32,000 nucleotides of DNA from Nostoc sp. PCC 7120 = FACHB-418. Lineage in GTDB: Bacteria; Cyanobacteriota; Cyanobacteriia; Cyanobacteriales; Nostocaceae. The notes below the pieces were generated by a model. It did no database searches and was not told the origin of the DNA. It saw only the letters and a program-made list of their open reading frames with translations. Position 1 is the first letter of the stretch, and the number at the start of each line of letters is the position of its first letter. Where the stretch lies: NCBI RefSeq assembly GCF_000009705.1, contig NC_003272.1:3720001-3752000 (forward strand), in the 5' to 3' direction. The translations under genes and the position numbers were made by a program. Positions 9,034 through 18,322 of this stretch are shown here, in pieces.

Positions 9034-9597
9034 ATGCCTTCTGAAATTGCTGTTGAGAAAAAAAAGTTAAAAAATCCACCTCTGCAACTCCACTATTTAG
9101 GCGATCGCGTGCTGCGTCAACCAGCAAAGCGGATCACGAAAGTAGATGATGAAACCCGGCAATTGATCCGTGATATGCTGCAAACTATGTACAGCAGTGA
9201 TGGCATTGGTTTGGCTGCACCCCAGGTGGGAATTAATAAACAACTCATTGTCATCGATTGCGAACCGGATAACCCAGCGAATCCGCCACTGATATTAATT
9301 AACCCTACAATTAAACAAGTAAGCCGGGAAATTTGTAGCGCGCAGGAAGGGTGTTTAAGCATTCCAGGGGTTTATATGGATGTCAAACGCCCGGAAGTGG
9401 TAGAAGTTGCCTATAAAGATGAAAATGGCCGTCCTCAGACCTTAAAAGCTACCGACCTACTCGGACGCTGCATTCAACACGAGATGGATCACCTCAACGG
9501 TGTAGTATTTGTAGACCGTGTAGATAATTCCTTGACTTTGGCACAGGAGTTATCTAAAAATGGCTTCTCGTATCAAGCAGTGAAACCAGTAGCATAG
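9034..9597 (+). CDS. def: Peptide deformylase
   Basis: It carries the three deformylase signature motifs GIGLAAPQ, EGCLSIPG and HEMDHL. Confidence 0.93.
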   Translation: MPSEIAVEKKKLKNPPLQLHYLGDRVLRQPAKRITKVDDETRQLIRDMLQTMYSSDGIGLAAPQVGINKQLIVIDCEPDNPANPPLILINPTIKQVSREICSAQEGCLSIPGVYMDVKRPEVVEVAYKDENGRPQTLKATDLLGRCIQHEMDHLNGVVFVDRVDNSLTLAQELSKNGFSYQAVKPVA

Positions 9598-9609
9598 GGT
9601 GGACTAGTA

Positions 9610-9813
9610 GTGTATTTAACTCCAAAAAGCGGTTTATTTCTCGCTGGCTCTTGCATAAGTGCGATCGCGGCTGTTGGCTCGGTGTTTGAACTCAGTTATG
9701 GACAACCAGATTTAGGCTTCCAAACCACCGCAGTTATCCTGGGTTTGAGCATTCCTCTTACAGGATTATTTTTTCTTGCCGCAGTGAGGGACGCAAAGGC
9801 TAACATTAAATAA
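9610..9813 (+). CDS. Small membrane protein (two hydrophobic helices), hypothetical
   Basis: A GTG start lies 13 nt after the def stop codon. The 67-aa product has two hydrophobic segments. A strong intrinsic terminator follows. Confidence 0.5.
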   Translation: MYLTPKSGLFLAGSCISAIAAVGSVFELSYGQPDLGFQTTAVILGLSIPLTGLFFLAAVRDAKANIK

Positions 9814-9826
9814 GCATCAGGTACAT

Positions 9827-9886
9827 AAAAAAGGTGAAAGGATGAACTAAAAGGCAAAATTCATTTCTTTCACCTTTTATTTTTCT
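9827..9886 (+). terminator. Rho-independent terminator
   Basis: The stem AAGGTGAAAG (9831..9840) pairs with CTTTCACCTT (9867..9876) and is followed by TTTTATTTTT. Confidence 0.8.
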
Positions 9887-10014
9887 TAAGGTACGGGGGT
9901 ACATGGGCAAGAATAAAGAAAAATTACACCCTTACACCCTCACACAGATCAAAATGATACCAATTTAAATTAGAGACAGGGCAGATGAGGTAAACTGAAA
10001 ATCGTTGTTTTTAG

Positions 10015-10633
10015 ATGTTTCTACTGATGGTTGGCGTGACATCAATAGAAGTAAAGGAAAGCTTGGATAATTTAGTAGAAAGGTTGCGTCAAGCGGAAAC
10101 AGCAAAGGTCAAGGAACGCTTGCAAGTGCTGTACTGGCTCAAACAGGAGAATGCACCGACGATAAGTGCCGATAGGAGAATGGCAGTGGTTATTCAAAGC
10201 CTTTTGGCTTTATGGTGCGGTTGAACCTGCAACAGGGGAATCATTTTTTTTGCAGTTTTCTCATGTTGATACCCAATGCTATCAACAGTTCTTGAATGAA
10301 TTTTCTCAAGCATATCCAGATAGTCTCAACATTCTTCAAGTTGATCAAGGCCGCTTTCATACAGGCAAGGAGCTGATTGTGCCTGAGAATGTGTTTTTGT
10401 TGTTTCAACCACCTTACTGTCCAGAACTCAATCCCATTGAGCGCTTATGGGGATATCTCAAAGCTGACCTCAAATGGGCTTCTTTCCAGACACTTGATCA
10501 ACTCTTGGCTGAGTTAACTCCAGAATTAATTATGTCCATTACCGGGTATTCTTTCATTCTTGATGCCCTATCAGTACAGTCGTCCACCAGAGAGACTAAA
10601 AATGGCAAATGCGTTTTCTTTTCACCCATATGA
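10015..10633 (+). pseudogene. IS630-family (Tc1/mariner-like) transposase remnant, internally deleted and frame-disrupted
   Basis: ORF 10015..10224 encodes an HTH-like N-terminus (RLQVLYWLKQENAPTISA). The overlapping ORF 10166..10633, in another frame, encodes the C-terminal DDE portion (FLLFQPPYCPELNPIERLWGYLK). The central roughly 150 aa expected for this family are missing. Confidence 0.8.
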
Positions 10634-10710
10634 TAAATGTGGGTGAATTTATGTTTAAAATTACGTTATTATGGTGTATTGTGCCAATTCAAAGTCAAAA
10701 TACCTGTTTT

Positions 10711-11979
10711 CTATCTGCCACGATCGCGTTCTAAATCATCAATCACTTTCTGCATATACCACTCTTCCGACATCCCCGGTTGGTAATCTTTTTGCTGCTG
10801 AATTAATCTTTGAGCAATTTCCCAATACCCGCCAACCAACCGCAGGAGTTTTTGACGCAACACATTCGACTTTTGTTGCTTATATTCAGGAACGGATGTC
10901 TGAATTTGTTTGAGGCTATCTTGGGTTAGTTGGTAATTTTCCCAGTCTTGTTGTTCACAAAAGATACTAGCTGCACGTTGATAGTCAGCAACGGCGTTTT
11001 GCATTTCTTCGAGGAAAGTGTGAGTTATGCCACGATTGTAGTGAGCTTGGGCATCATTGGGGTTAATTTGCAACGCTTTGCCATAGTCTTGAATAGCACC
11101 TAGATAATTACCCATTGCGCGATAGGTATTTCCTCTGGCAACATAACCTAAGGTGTCTTCTGGCTGCATTTGAATGGCTTGATGAAAATCAGCGATCGCA
11201 CCTTGATGATCACCTAATAGAGAACGTGCTTTACCTCGGTTACGATAGACGGCTGCATCCTGAAAGTTTAATTGTAATGCTTGGTTAAAATCAGCGATCG
11301 CTTCTCGATAGTTCCCCATTTTGCACCGCACCACTCCCCGACAGCAATAGGCTTGAGCATCTTGAGGATCGGTTTGTAATATCCAGTTTAAATCGGCTAT
11401 GGCTTCTCTGGTGTCGCCTTTTTCGGCTTTGTCTAATAGTTGGGTAAAATATTCGTTAACAGATTTTATGGGGGCAATGGTAGCTTTTATAGGCTGTATG
11501 GTAGCTTGTTTTGCTGGCTGTAACTGTTTAATTTTCTCTAGACACAGACGACAATTTTCTTGGTCTTTTTGCTGCAAGTATAATTCCGCAGCTTTTTTAA
11601 AACTAGCGATCGCATTTTGAATATATCCCTGTTTGCGCTGCACCGTCCCCCGTAAGCTATGAGCCGCAGCATAATTAATATTCAGTCGAATCGCCTGTTC
11701 TATATCTTCTAGCGCCCCCGGTAAATTTTTCAGCGCCAACCTTGCTAATGCGCGACAGTAATATGCTTCTACACTTTCAGGGTTTATCTTGATAACTTCA
11801 GTGTAATCTGACACAGCCAAAAGAATTGCCCCTGAGTCGTAATATGCTAAACCTCTTTGTAAATAAGCTTCAGCAAAATAAGGAGCAAGTTTTAAAGCAC
11901 GGCTAAACTCCTCAATGGCTCCAGCGTAGTCTTTTTGTTTAGCTTTTTCCAGTCCCTGGTTATAAAACTCGTTATTCAT
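10711..11979 (-). CDS. Tetratricopeptide (TPR) repeat protein
   Basis: It contains many 34-aa repeats of the A..Y..G.....A..D..KAL.L.P pattern in two blocks, followed by a non-TPR C-terminal tail of about 55 aa (…WYMQKVIDDLERDRGR). Confidence 0.85.
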   Translation of the reverse strand: MNNEFYNQGLEKAKQKDYAGAIEEFSRALKLAPYFAEAYLQRGLAYYDSGAILLAVSDYTEVIKINPESVEAYYCRALARLALKNLPGALEDIEQAIRLNINYAAAHSLRGTVQRKQGYIQNAIASFKKAAELYLQQKDQENCRLCLEKIKQLQPAKQATIQPIKATIAPIKSVNEYFTQLLDKAEKGDTREAIADLNWILQTDPQDAQAYCCRGVVRCKMGNYREAIADFNQALQLNFQDAAVYRNRGKARSLLGDHQGAIADFHQAIQMQPEDTLGYVARGNTYRAMGNYLGAIQDYGKALQINPNDAQAHYNRGITHTFLEEMQNAVADYQRAASIFCEQQDWENYQLTQDSLKQIQTSVPEYKQQKSNVLRQKLLRLVGGYWEIAQRLIQQQKDYQPGMSEEWYMQKVIDDLERDRGR

Positions 11980-12190
11980 AGCGTTTATCTATGTCTGGTG
12001 GGCAATACCCACCACACGTATAATTCACCAATCAAATAATAGTCCCATATATCAATCAACGAAATAAAAAAATGATATGAGCATCTTTGATTATTAGTGA
12101 GAGGGCAGTATACCCAATACCCTCTACCAATTAAGTAGAATGACTTGAAAAAATCAACCTATCTTAAGTGATGTAAAAATACTAGGCTCC

Positions 12191-12266
12191 AGTTCGTAGT
12201 AAGGACTTTAGTCCTTTTCTATTCGCGGAGCGTCTCGCAAAGAGAACTAAAGTTCTCACTACAAAC
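12191..12266. repeat. Composite small palindromic repeat (SDR/MITE-like)
   Basis: Two related hairpin units, TTCGTAGTAAGGACTTTAGTCCTT and GAGAACTAAAGTTCTCACTACAAA, sit in inverted orientation around the TTCGCGGAGCGTCTC core. Confidence 0.7.
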
Positions 12267-12296
12267 ATTTAATTATTTACACTGTTTTACTTACCT

Positions 12297-12965
12297 TTAA
12301 TCAGTCAACAAACTAGGAGAAGTTAATACAAAAACATCCCTAATACCTTGAGCTTCTGTCTGCGGTTTTATCGGTGTCGTAAAATGATAAAAATCATGGT
12401 CATTCACCAGTAGTAATTCTCCTGGGGAGAGAACTTTACTAAATACAGGCTTATCTTTTTTGGCAGTATACAAGTGCGTTTCCCCACCTTGAATATTTTC
12501 TCTATCCACGGAGAAGATACCGATAAAATCTGTACCATCTTGATGGATACCCTCAGGTGCGGGATTGCCAAAATTATCTGGAGAACAAGTAGTTCTGATT
12601 TGATGCACGCCGATTTCTGCTTCTGGATGGAGTTTGCAAGAATCGCTAAATGCTAATACCAGATTTTTAAAACTATTAAGTCCGATGAGTGCGTCATCTA
12701 ATTCTACAAATTCTCTTTTAATATCCCCCACTAATGGATTGTAATCTTTACTTTGGAACAGATAACCATGAGGTAGCTTAACCAACTGATCTTCTGCAAC
12801 TATAAATCGAGATAATCTTCGCAGACGATAGTTGCCTTTAATATAAGGATCAACTGGTAAATTATTATAAAACGGCTTAAAATCTCCCAACTCAATTGAA
12901 TTTACCTTTCTGAGGGTGAACAAAAAGGCATATTCTAATTCCGTCATTTCCCCGACTATTTGCAT
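12297..12965 (-). CDS. 2OG-Fe dioxygenase family protein (PF10014-like)
   Basis: The region PEGIHQDGTDFIGIF...HLY...HDFYHFTTP is consistent with an H-x-D...H facial triad and with the family as I recall it. An AAGGAGA RBS lies upstream. Confidence 0.7.
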   Translation of the reverse strand: MQIVGEMTELEYAFLFTLRKVNSIELGDFKPFYNNLPVDPYIKGNYRLRRLSRFIVAEDQLVKLPHGYLFQSKDYNPLVGDIKREFVELDDALIGLNSFKNLVLAFSDSCKLHPEAEIGVHQIRTTCSPDNFGNPAPEGIHQDGTDFIGIFSVDRENIQGGETHLYTAKKDKPVFSKVLSPGELLLVNDHDFYHFTTPIKPQTEAQGIRDVFVLTSPSLLTD

Positions 12966-13284
12966 AGGATTTTTCTCCTTGCAGATTGCAACCCTTCCGA
13001 TTTTTCTCTAAGGAAGGCTTATTACATCGAGTATATGCTTCTTTTTATTAAAATGTCGTCATTTTAACTACAAAACTTGACAAATTGTGATAAGGGCATG
13101 ACAAAAGTTAAACTACAAGATTTACCAAGCAGATTCATGGTAATTGGTAATGGGAGTATCACTTATTACTAATATCTCTATTCTCTTGTAGGTAAAGATT
13201 TTAAATAGTCAGTACTTGGGTGTATATTAGCTAAGTACTGAAAAAAGGCTATGGGGCTAGTATCAAGGTATGAAAATCTATCTT

Positions 13285-13315
13285 CCCAGTCCCCAGCCCC
13301 CAATCCCAAGTCCCC
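13285..13315. repeat. STRR heptamer tract (CCCAGTC/CCCAATC type)
   Basis: The sequence cccagtccccagcccccaatcccaagtcccc was read directly. It lies immediately upstream of sfsA. Confidence 0.8.
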
Positions 13316-13321
13316 TTAAAC

Positions 13322-14047
13322 ATGACTGATTGGCTCTACCGTTACCCACCCCTATATACTGGTATTCTGCTAAAGCGCTACAAGCGCTTTTTTGCTGACG
13401 TACAACTAACGTCTGGCGAAGTCGTAACAGCACATTGTCCCAATACAGGCCCCATGACTGGAGTATCGACTCTAGGGAGTGCGGTACAACTTTCTAAAAG
13501 TGCCAATCCTAAGCGTAAATTGGCTTATACTCTAGAACTGATTCAAGTACATGATAACGAGCCGACTTGGGTAGGCGTAAATACAGCTTTACCAAACCAG
13601 ATAGTCAAGTTGGCTTTGGCAAAATACTTGTTTCCAGAGTTGGGTAACTATAGCTACATCAAAAGTGAGGTAGTTTACGGGGTAGATAAAAAAAGTCGGG
13701 TAGATTTCTTTTTGACAGGAAGTGATACAGAACGACCAATTTATCTAGAGGTAAAAAATACCACTTGGACAAAAGGGACTTTAGCATTATTCCCCGACAC
13801 AGAAACCACAAGGGGACAAAAGCACTTGCGGGAATTAACGGCGTTATTGCCACAAATGCGATCGGTAATGCTGTATTTTATTAATCGTGGTGATTGTACA
13901 GAGTTTGCCCCTGGTGATAGTACAGATCCTATATATGGTAAGTTGTTACGAGAAGCGATCGCCTTAGGTTTAGAAGTTTTACCTTGTCGTTTTGATGTTA
14001 CCCCAGAAGGCATCCGTTATCTAGGTTTAGCAAAACTGGTAATTTAA
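13322..14047 (+). CDS. sfsA: Sugar fermentation stimulation protein SfsA
   Basis: The motifs LLKRYKRFFADV, HCPNTGPM, VEVK and ETTRGQKHLREL are typical of SfsA. Confidence 0.88.
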   Translation: MTDWLYRYPPLYTGILLKRYKRFFADVQLTSGEVVTAHCPNTGPMTGVSTLGSAVQLSKSANPKRKLAYTLELIQVHDNEPTWVGVNTALPNQIVKLALAKYLFPELGNYSYIKSEVVYGVDKKSRVDFFLTGSDTERPIYLEVKNTTWTKGTLALFPDTETTRGQKHLRELTALLPQMRSVMLYFINRGDCTEFAPGDSTDPIYGKLLREAIALGLEVLPCRFDVTPEGIRYLGLAKLVI

Positions 14048-14055
14048 TTTCATCA

Positions 14056-14538
14056 ATGATAATTATCATCATGGGTGTATCTGGTTCCGGTAAAACCACC
14101 ATCGGACAAATGTTGGCGGAATCTTTACACTGGGAATTTCATGATGCTGACAGTTTCCACTCACCAGACAATATTGAAAAAATGCGGCGTGGTATTCCTC
14201 TGGATGATAACGATAGAATACCCTGGTTACAAAGTTTGCAAACCGCTATTATCAATTGGCTGCAAGACAATAGAAATGTTGTCTTAGCCTGTTCTGCCCT
14301 CAAAGCTAGTTATCGGCAATTCTTAGTTTTAGATAGTGATATTAAACTCGTCTACCTGCAAGGGACATTTGAACTCATTCAAACAAGACTGCAAAAGCGT
14401 GAGAATCATTTTATGAATAGAGAATTGCTCACAAGTCAATTTGCATCACTTGAGGAACCGGATAATGTCATACTTGTAGATATTTCCCAGTCGCCTCAAG
14501 TTATTGTACAAGCTATTAGAACCATGATAAAAGTTTAG
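14056..14538 (+). CDS. gntK: Gluconokinase
   Basis: It has the P-loop GVSGSGKTT, the motifs DADSFH and GIPLDDNDRIPWL, and a size of about 160 aa, all typical of GntK/IdnK. Confidence 0.85.
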   Translation: MIIIIMGVSGSGKTTIGQMLAESLHWEFHDADSFHSPDNIEKMRRGIPLDDNDRIPWLQSLQTAIINWLQDNRNVVLACSALKASYRQFLVLDSDIKLVYLQGTFELIQTRLQKRENHFMNRELLTSQFASLEEPDNVILVDISQSPQVIVQAIRTMIKV

Positions 14539-14542
14539 TAAA

Positions 14543-14570
14543 AAGAAGAATTTATATATTTAATTCTTCT
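14543..14570. terminator. Hairpin between convergent genes, candidate terminator (better on the minus strand)
   Basis: AAGAAGAATT (14543..14552) pairs with AATTCTTCT (14562..14570). The T-run follows the stem only on the minus strand, downstream of the PLD gene. Confidence 0.5.
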
Positions 14571-14639
14571 GTTATCTACCTCATTTATTGGCAAAAATAT
14601 ATTATGTAAGAGCAAGATTAAAAAATTGAAAATCACACA

Positions 14640-16268
14640 CTAAAATTGAATACGCCCTTCCCAATTTTCTATCATCATTGGACTAATTCCAGGTACTTTA
14701 TCCAAGTCTTGTGATGAGACAAATTTTTGCTGCTGACGGGCGATGATAATTTTTTGAGCTAGCTTTTTACCTACACCGGGTAAGGTTTCTAATTCTGCTA
14801 AATCTGCTGTATTGATATTCACTACTTGAGTAGGAGTCAGTTCGCTGGAAGTGGGAGTTTGAATTTGACCACATTGCTTTTGTTCTTGTTGAATTTGTGC
14901 TTGGACTTTGGCTGGGATACCGACTTGAGCTTTAGCATACAAACGAGCAAATTCACGCTCATAATGAGCAGCAATTGTGGGATTATTAATTACTATCAAA
15001 GTCTCATCATTGCCGTAATTTGCTGCATCAGACCAGTTGTGAGAACCCGTAATTACTGTTTGGTTGTCGATGACAGAAAATTTATGGTGTAGCAGGTCTC
15101 CTTCACGTAAAATGGGTACGCCTACCGTAGTAACTGGATTAGACCAAGGTCGATTGTCAATTTCATATCGGCATTTATTACTCAGGGCAATTCCCATCAT
15201 ATCTAAAGCTTCGCTGTAATAGCGATAAGCGAATTGTTTGTCAATTAATGCTCGAATTGAGACCTGTTGTTGATGACGTTTTTCTAATGTATTGGCCAGG
15301 CGTTGTTCAGAAAAAACAAACAACGCCATATCAATAGATTTACTCGCTAAATTTAAGGTCTCACTAATTAAGCCATTGCTGCTTTGAGTCCAAGGTAAGG
15401 TGGGTGAAGTTGGAGAAAAATGTACAGTAATTGAGTTGTCACCCAAGGTGATTTTTTGGGGAGAACGAACAGGTTTCTGTAAACCAAATTTACTGTCTGG
15501 TTTACCTCCAACACCATCACCCCACATGAGGTTAAATTCTTCTGTGAATAAAGCTGCTAATTCTGGACTATCAATGTGTAATAGGTTGTTGGCATTTCCC
15601 AAACTAGAAGAATTAGAAAAATCACCGAAAACATCGCTTAAAGTGAAGTTTGCTGAAGTCACAATTACTATGCGATTATCTACAACCACAAACTTGTGGT
15701 GCATCAACTTACTACCTGCTGAACCATCAGCTTGATCATCAATCCAAGGAATTTTGGCGTTTTGTAAAATTATTAGTGCATCCCTCTGATTAAGTTCCTC
15801 AGGACTGAGTTGATTATCTTGGTTTAGGTCTACAAATTTAAAGTATTCTTGATAGCGTGCTTGTTCCCGTTCAGGTAATTTCTTGACTTCCTCTGGTGTC
15901 AAGCTACTCAAAGAACGAGTATAGGTATTTTCTAAAATTACTCTGACTTTGATGCCAGCTTTTTGTTTGTCTTTGAGGGCTTGGGCGATTCTAGGTAAAC
16001 GCAATTCTTGTACTGCTACATCTATAGTAGATTTAGCTTGAGAAATAGCGTCAACAATCTGCTGTTCTAAGTTATCTCCCAGTCGAGTTTGTTGACGGTA
16101 AGGTTCTCGATATTCTGAGGATTCGGATTGATTAAAGTAAACTTTCACAAATGAGTCTTGCGGTAGAGGTGCAGGACGATTATTGTGAGATTGGACTTTT
16201 TGACAGGCAGCGATCGCCACTATCAAAAAAAAGACCCAAAAATTCCTAAATGCTGGGAAAATCTGCAC
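14640..16268 (-). CDS. Exported lipoprotein with two HKD (phospholipase D/nuclease superfamily) motifs, an EF-hand-like loop and a C-terminal ComEA-type helix-hairpin-helix
   Basis: It has a GTG start and a signal peptide with the lipobox IAAC. The two HKD motifs are HHKFVVVDN..SANFT and HHKFSVIDN..GSHNWS. DLNQDNQLSPEE fits the 12-residue EF-hand loop. The C-terminal VNINTADLAELETLPGVGKKLAQKII is ComEA HhH-like. Confidence 0.85.
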   Translation of the reverse strand: MQIFPAFRNFWVFFLIVAIAACQKVQSHNNRPAPLPQDSFVKVYFNQSESSEYREPYRQQTRLGDNLEQQIVDAISQAKSTIDVAVQELRLPRIAQALKDKQKAGIKVRVILENTYTRSLSSLTPEEVKKLPEREQARYQEYFKFVDLNQDNQLSPEELNQRDALIILQNAKIPWIDDQADGSAGSKLMHHKFVVVDNRIVIVTSANFTLSDVFGDFSNSSSLGNANNLLHIDSPELAALFTEEFNLMWGDGVGGKPDSKFGLQKPVRSPQKITLGDNSITVHFSPTSPTLPWTQSSNGLISETLNLASKSIDMALFVFSEQRLANTLEKRHQQQVSIRALIDKQFAYRYYSEALDMMGIALSNKCRYEIDNRPWSNPVTTVGVPILREGDLLHHKFSVIDNQTVITGSHNWSDAANYGNDETLIVINNPTIAAHYEREFARLYAKAQVGIPAKVQAQIQQEQKQCGQIQTPTSSELTPTQVVNINTADLAELETLPGVGKKLAQKIIIARQQQKFVSSQDLDKVPGISPMMIENWEGRIQF

Positions 16269-16384
16269 GTTAATCTGCTACAAGTGGGATGGGAATGGAC
16301 ATATACATAATAATTCCCACATTTGTGATTAATCCATAGTCAACAGTCAGTATTTATTCCCCTCGGCCCCTGCCCTTGCCTTAT

Positions 16385-17548
16385 ATGCAAATATATTTAG
16401 ATTACAGTGCTACTACTCCCACTCGTGCAGAAGCGATCGCAGTTATGCAATCAGTCCTGACTCAACAGTGGGGGAATCCTTCTAGTTTACATGAATGGGG
16501 GCAACGGGCAACCACTATTGTAGAACAAGCAAGAGTGCAGGTAGCAGGGTTAATTAACGCTGCCAATCCCGAATCAATTATTTTTACCTCTGGCGGTACA
16601 GAAGCCAACAACCTAGCAATTATGGGTGTTGTCAGAATGCAAAATGTACCGCAACATATCATTATTTCTAGTGTGGAACATTCGGCTATTAGCGAACCTG
16701 CCAACTTACTAGAAAAATGGGGTTGGGAAGTCACCCGTCTGGGTGTGGACAATACAGGGAGAGTTAACCCCGAACATTTAAAAGCTGCATTGCGACATAA
16801 CACGGTTTTAGTTTCTGTTATTTACGGTCAAAGTGAGATTGGCACAGTCCAACCAATTGCAGAGTTAGGTAAGATAACTCAACAACATGGGGCGTTGTTC
16901 CACACAGATGCAGTGCAAGCAGTGGGACGTTTACCTATAGATGTGCAGCAACTACCTGTAGATTTACTCAGCCTTTCAAGTCACAAGCTATACGGCCCGC
17001 AGGGGGTAGGGGCGCTATATATTCGTCCTGGTGTGGAATTATTGCCTTTATTGAATGGTGGTGGACAAGAAAGGGGATTACGTTCTGGTACACAAGCAGT
17101 ACCTATCATCGCCGGTTTTGGTGTTGCCGCCGAAATCGCTGCCGAGGAATTATCTATAGAGATACCACGTTTAATTACATTACGCGATCGCTTATTTGCC
17201 CAGTTAGCAGATGTCCCCGGTTTAATCCCCACCGGCGACAGAGAAAGTCGTCTACCCCATCATGTGAGTTTCTACCTCCAACAAGCCGACGGTGAAAAAC
17301 TCAGTGGTAAAACCTTAGTGCGTCATTTAAACCTTGCCGGTATTGGCATTAGTGCGGGCGCAGCTTGTCACAGTGGTAAACTTAGTCCCAGCCCCATATT
17401 GTTGGCAATGGGTTACTCAAAAAAAGCTGCCTTGGGGGGAATTAGGTTGACATTAGGGCGTGAGACTACAGCAGCCGATGTAGATTGGACAGCGATGGTT
17501 TTAAAGCAAGTATTACAGAGATTAATACCAGATGTATCTTTAGTTTAA
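16385..17548 (+). CDS. Cysteine desulfurase (class V aminotransferase, NifS/IscS-like)
   Basis: The ORF-track call starts with TTG at 16376. The ATG at 16385 gives MQIYLDYSATTP. The PLP-lysine motif SSHKLYGPQGVGALY and the active-site region GAACHSG are present. Confidence 0.88.
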   Translation: MQIYLDYSATTPTRAEAIAVMQSVLTQQWGNPSSLHEWGQRATTIVEQARVQVAGLINAANPESIIFTSGGTEANNLAIMGVVRMQNVPQHIIISSVEHSAISEPANLLEKWGWEVTRLGVDNTGRVNPEHLKAALRHNTVLVSVIYGQSEIGTVQPIAELGKITQQHGALFHTDAVQAVGRLPIDVQQLPVDLLSLSSHKLYGPQGVGALYIRPGVELLPLLNGGGQERGLRSGTQAVPIIAGFGVAAEIAAEELSIEIPRLITLRDRLFAQLADVPGLIPTGDRESRLPHHVSFYLQQADGEKLSGKTLVRHLNLAGIGISAGAACHSGKLSPSPILLAMGYSKKAALGGIRLTLGRETTAADVDWTAMVLKQVLQRLIPDVSLV

Positions 17549-17609
17549 TTTTGGGCGTTGCTGATTGAAAATATGAATTTGCCTCACACATTCGACGAAG
17601 TTGTTCTCG

Positions 17610-17622
17610 TTCGCGCAGCGTC
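17610..17622 (+). repeat. Small dispersed repeat core (TTCGCGCAGCGTC, one mismatch to the other two copies)
   Basis: See 6298..6310 and 12222..12234. The flank CTCCGACAGGAGAAGGAGAAG resembles the flanks of the other copies. Confidence 0.6.
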
Positions 17623-17879
17623 TCCGACAGGAGAAGGAGAAGAGTAGGCACAACGTTACAAAGAAAAATAAAAGCTAATTTGATATATTTTATATTCTGA
17701 TTTAGCAATGCCTCTAATTCAAAGGAATAGATGGAGTGTAATTTCTTAATTCAGACACAATCGCATCGGGATTCCTATATCTATCTTCTGGATTTTGTAT
17801 TTATCTCATTTGGGAGAAACAATTGTAAAGCAGACTCAGTAATCTTAATACAGATGCGAGTTAATTTTTTGAGTTAATT

Positions 17880-18152
17880 ATGAACATTATTGCATGGGTA
17901 GTATTAGGTTTATTAGCTGGTGCGATCGCCAAAGCCATTTATCCAGGCACACAAGGCGGTGGTATTCTCTCCACAATGATTTTGGGTATCATCGGTGCGT
18001 TTATTGGTGGTAGTTTATATAGCCTATTCGCCACGGGAACTTTACAGTTAACAGCCACTAGTCTGAGTCTTCCTGGTCTGTTAATTGCAGTCATTGGTGC
18101 AATGGTTGCTATTTATTTGTGGGGACTACTCAGCAGAAGCAGAAGTGTATAG
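17880..18152 (+). CDS. GlsB/YeaQ/YmgE-family stress membrane protein
   Basis: The 90-aa product starts MNIIAWVVLGLLAGAIAK and has Gly-rich transmembrane segments typical of the family. Confidence 0.8.
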   Translation: MNIIAWVVLGLLAGAIAKAIYPGTQGGGILSTMILGIIGAFIGGSLYSLFATGTLQLTATSLSLPGLLIAVIGAMVAIYLWGLLSRSRSV

Positions 18153-18322
18153 CTTTAATAGGCAAAAGGCGAACTCAAGATTTACTTAAATATTAAGTTT
18201 CTGGTTTGACTGACTCGGAATAGTTAAATACTTTTGCCTTCCTAGAACAGTTTAAATAGGTGGCTAGCAACTGAATGTTTGGTTAGTCTTCTCTTTGTTG
18301 AAAATAATCACAGGGGCAATTC

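Noticed and set aside
9960-10715. Terminal inverted repeats and a TA target duplication that would make the IS630 relic an intact mobile element.
   Set aside because: Only a 7-nt match (GGCAGAT) was found between the putative ends. The transposase is disrupted, so I annotated it as a pseudogene rather than a mobile element.
10671-10913. ORF 10671..10913(+), and also 11399..11620(+), 12474..12656(+), 13659..14013(-) and 14075..14287(+).
   Set aside because: They are antisense to, or in an alternate frame within, confidently assigned genes (TPR, dioxygenase, sfsA and gntK). I see no independent support.
17466-17708. ORF 17466..17708(-).
   Set aside because: It overlaps the 3' end of the cysteine desulfurase gene and a small dispersed repeat, and its peptide is low-complexity.
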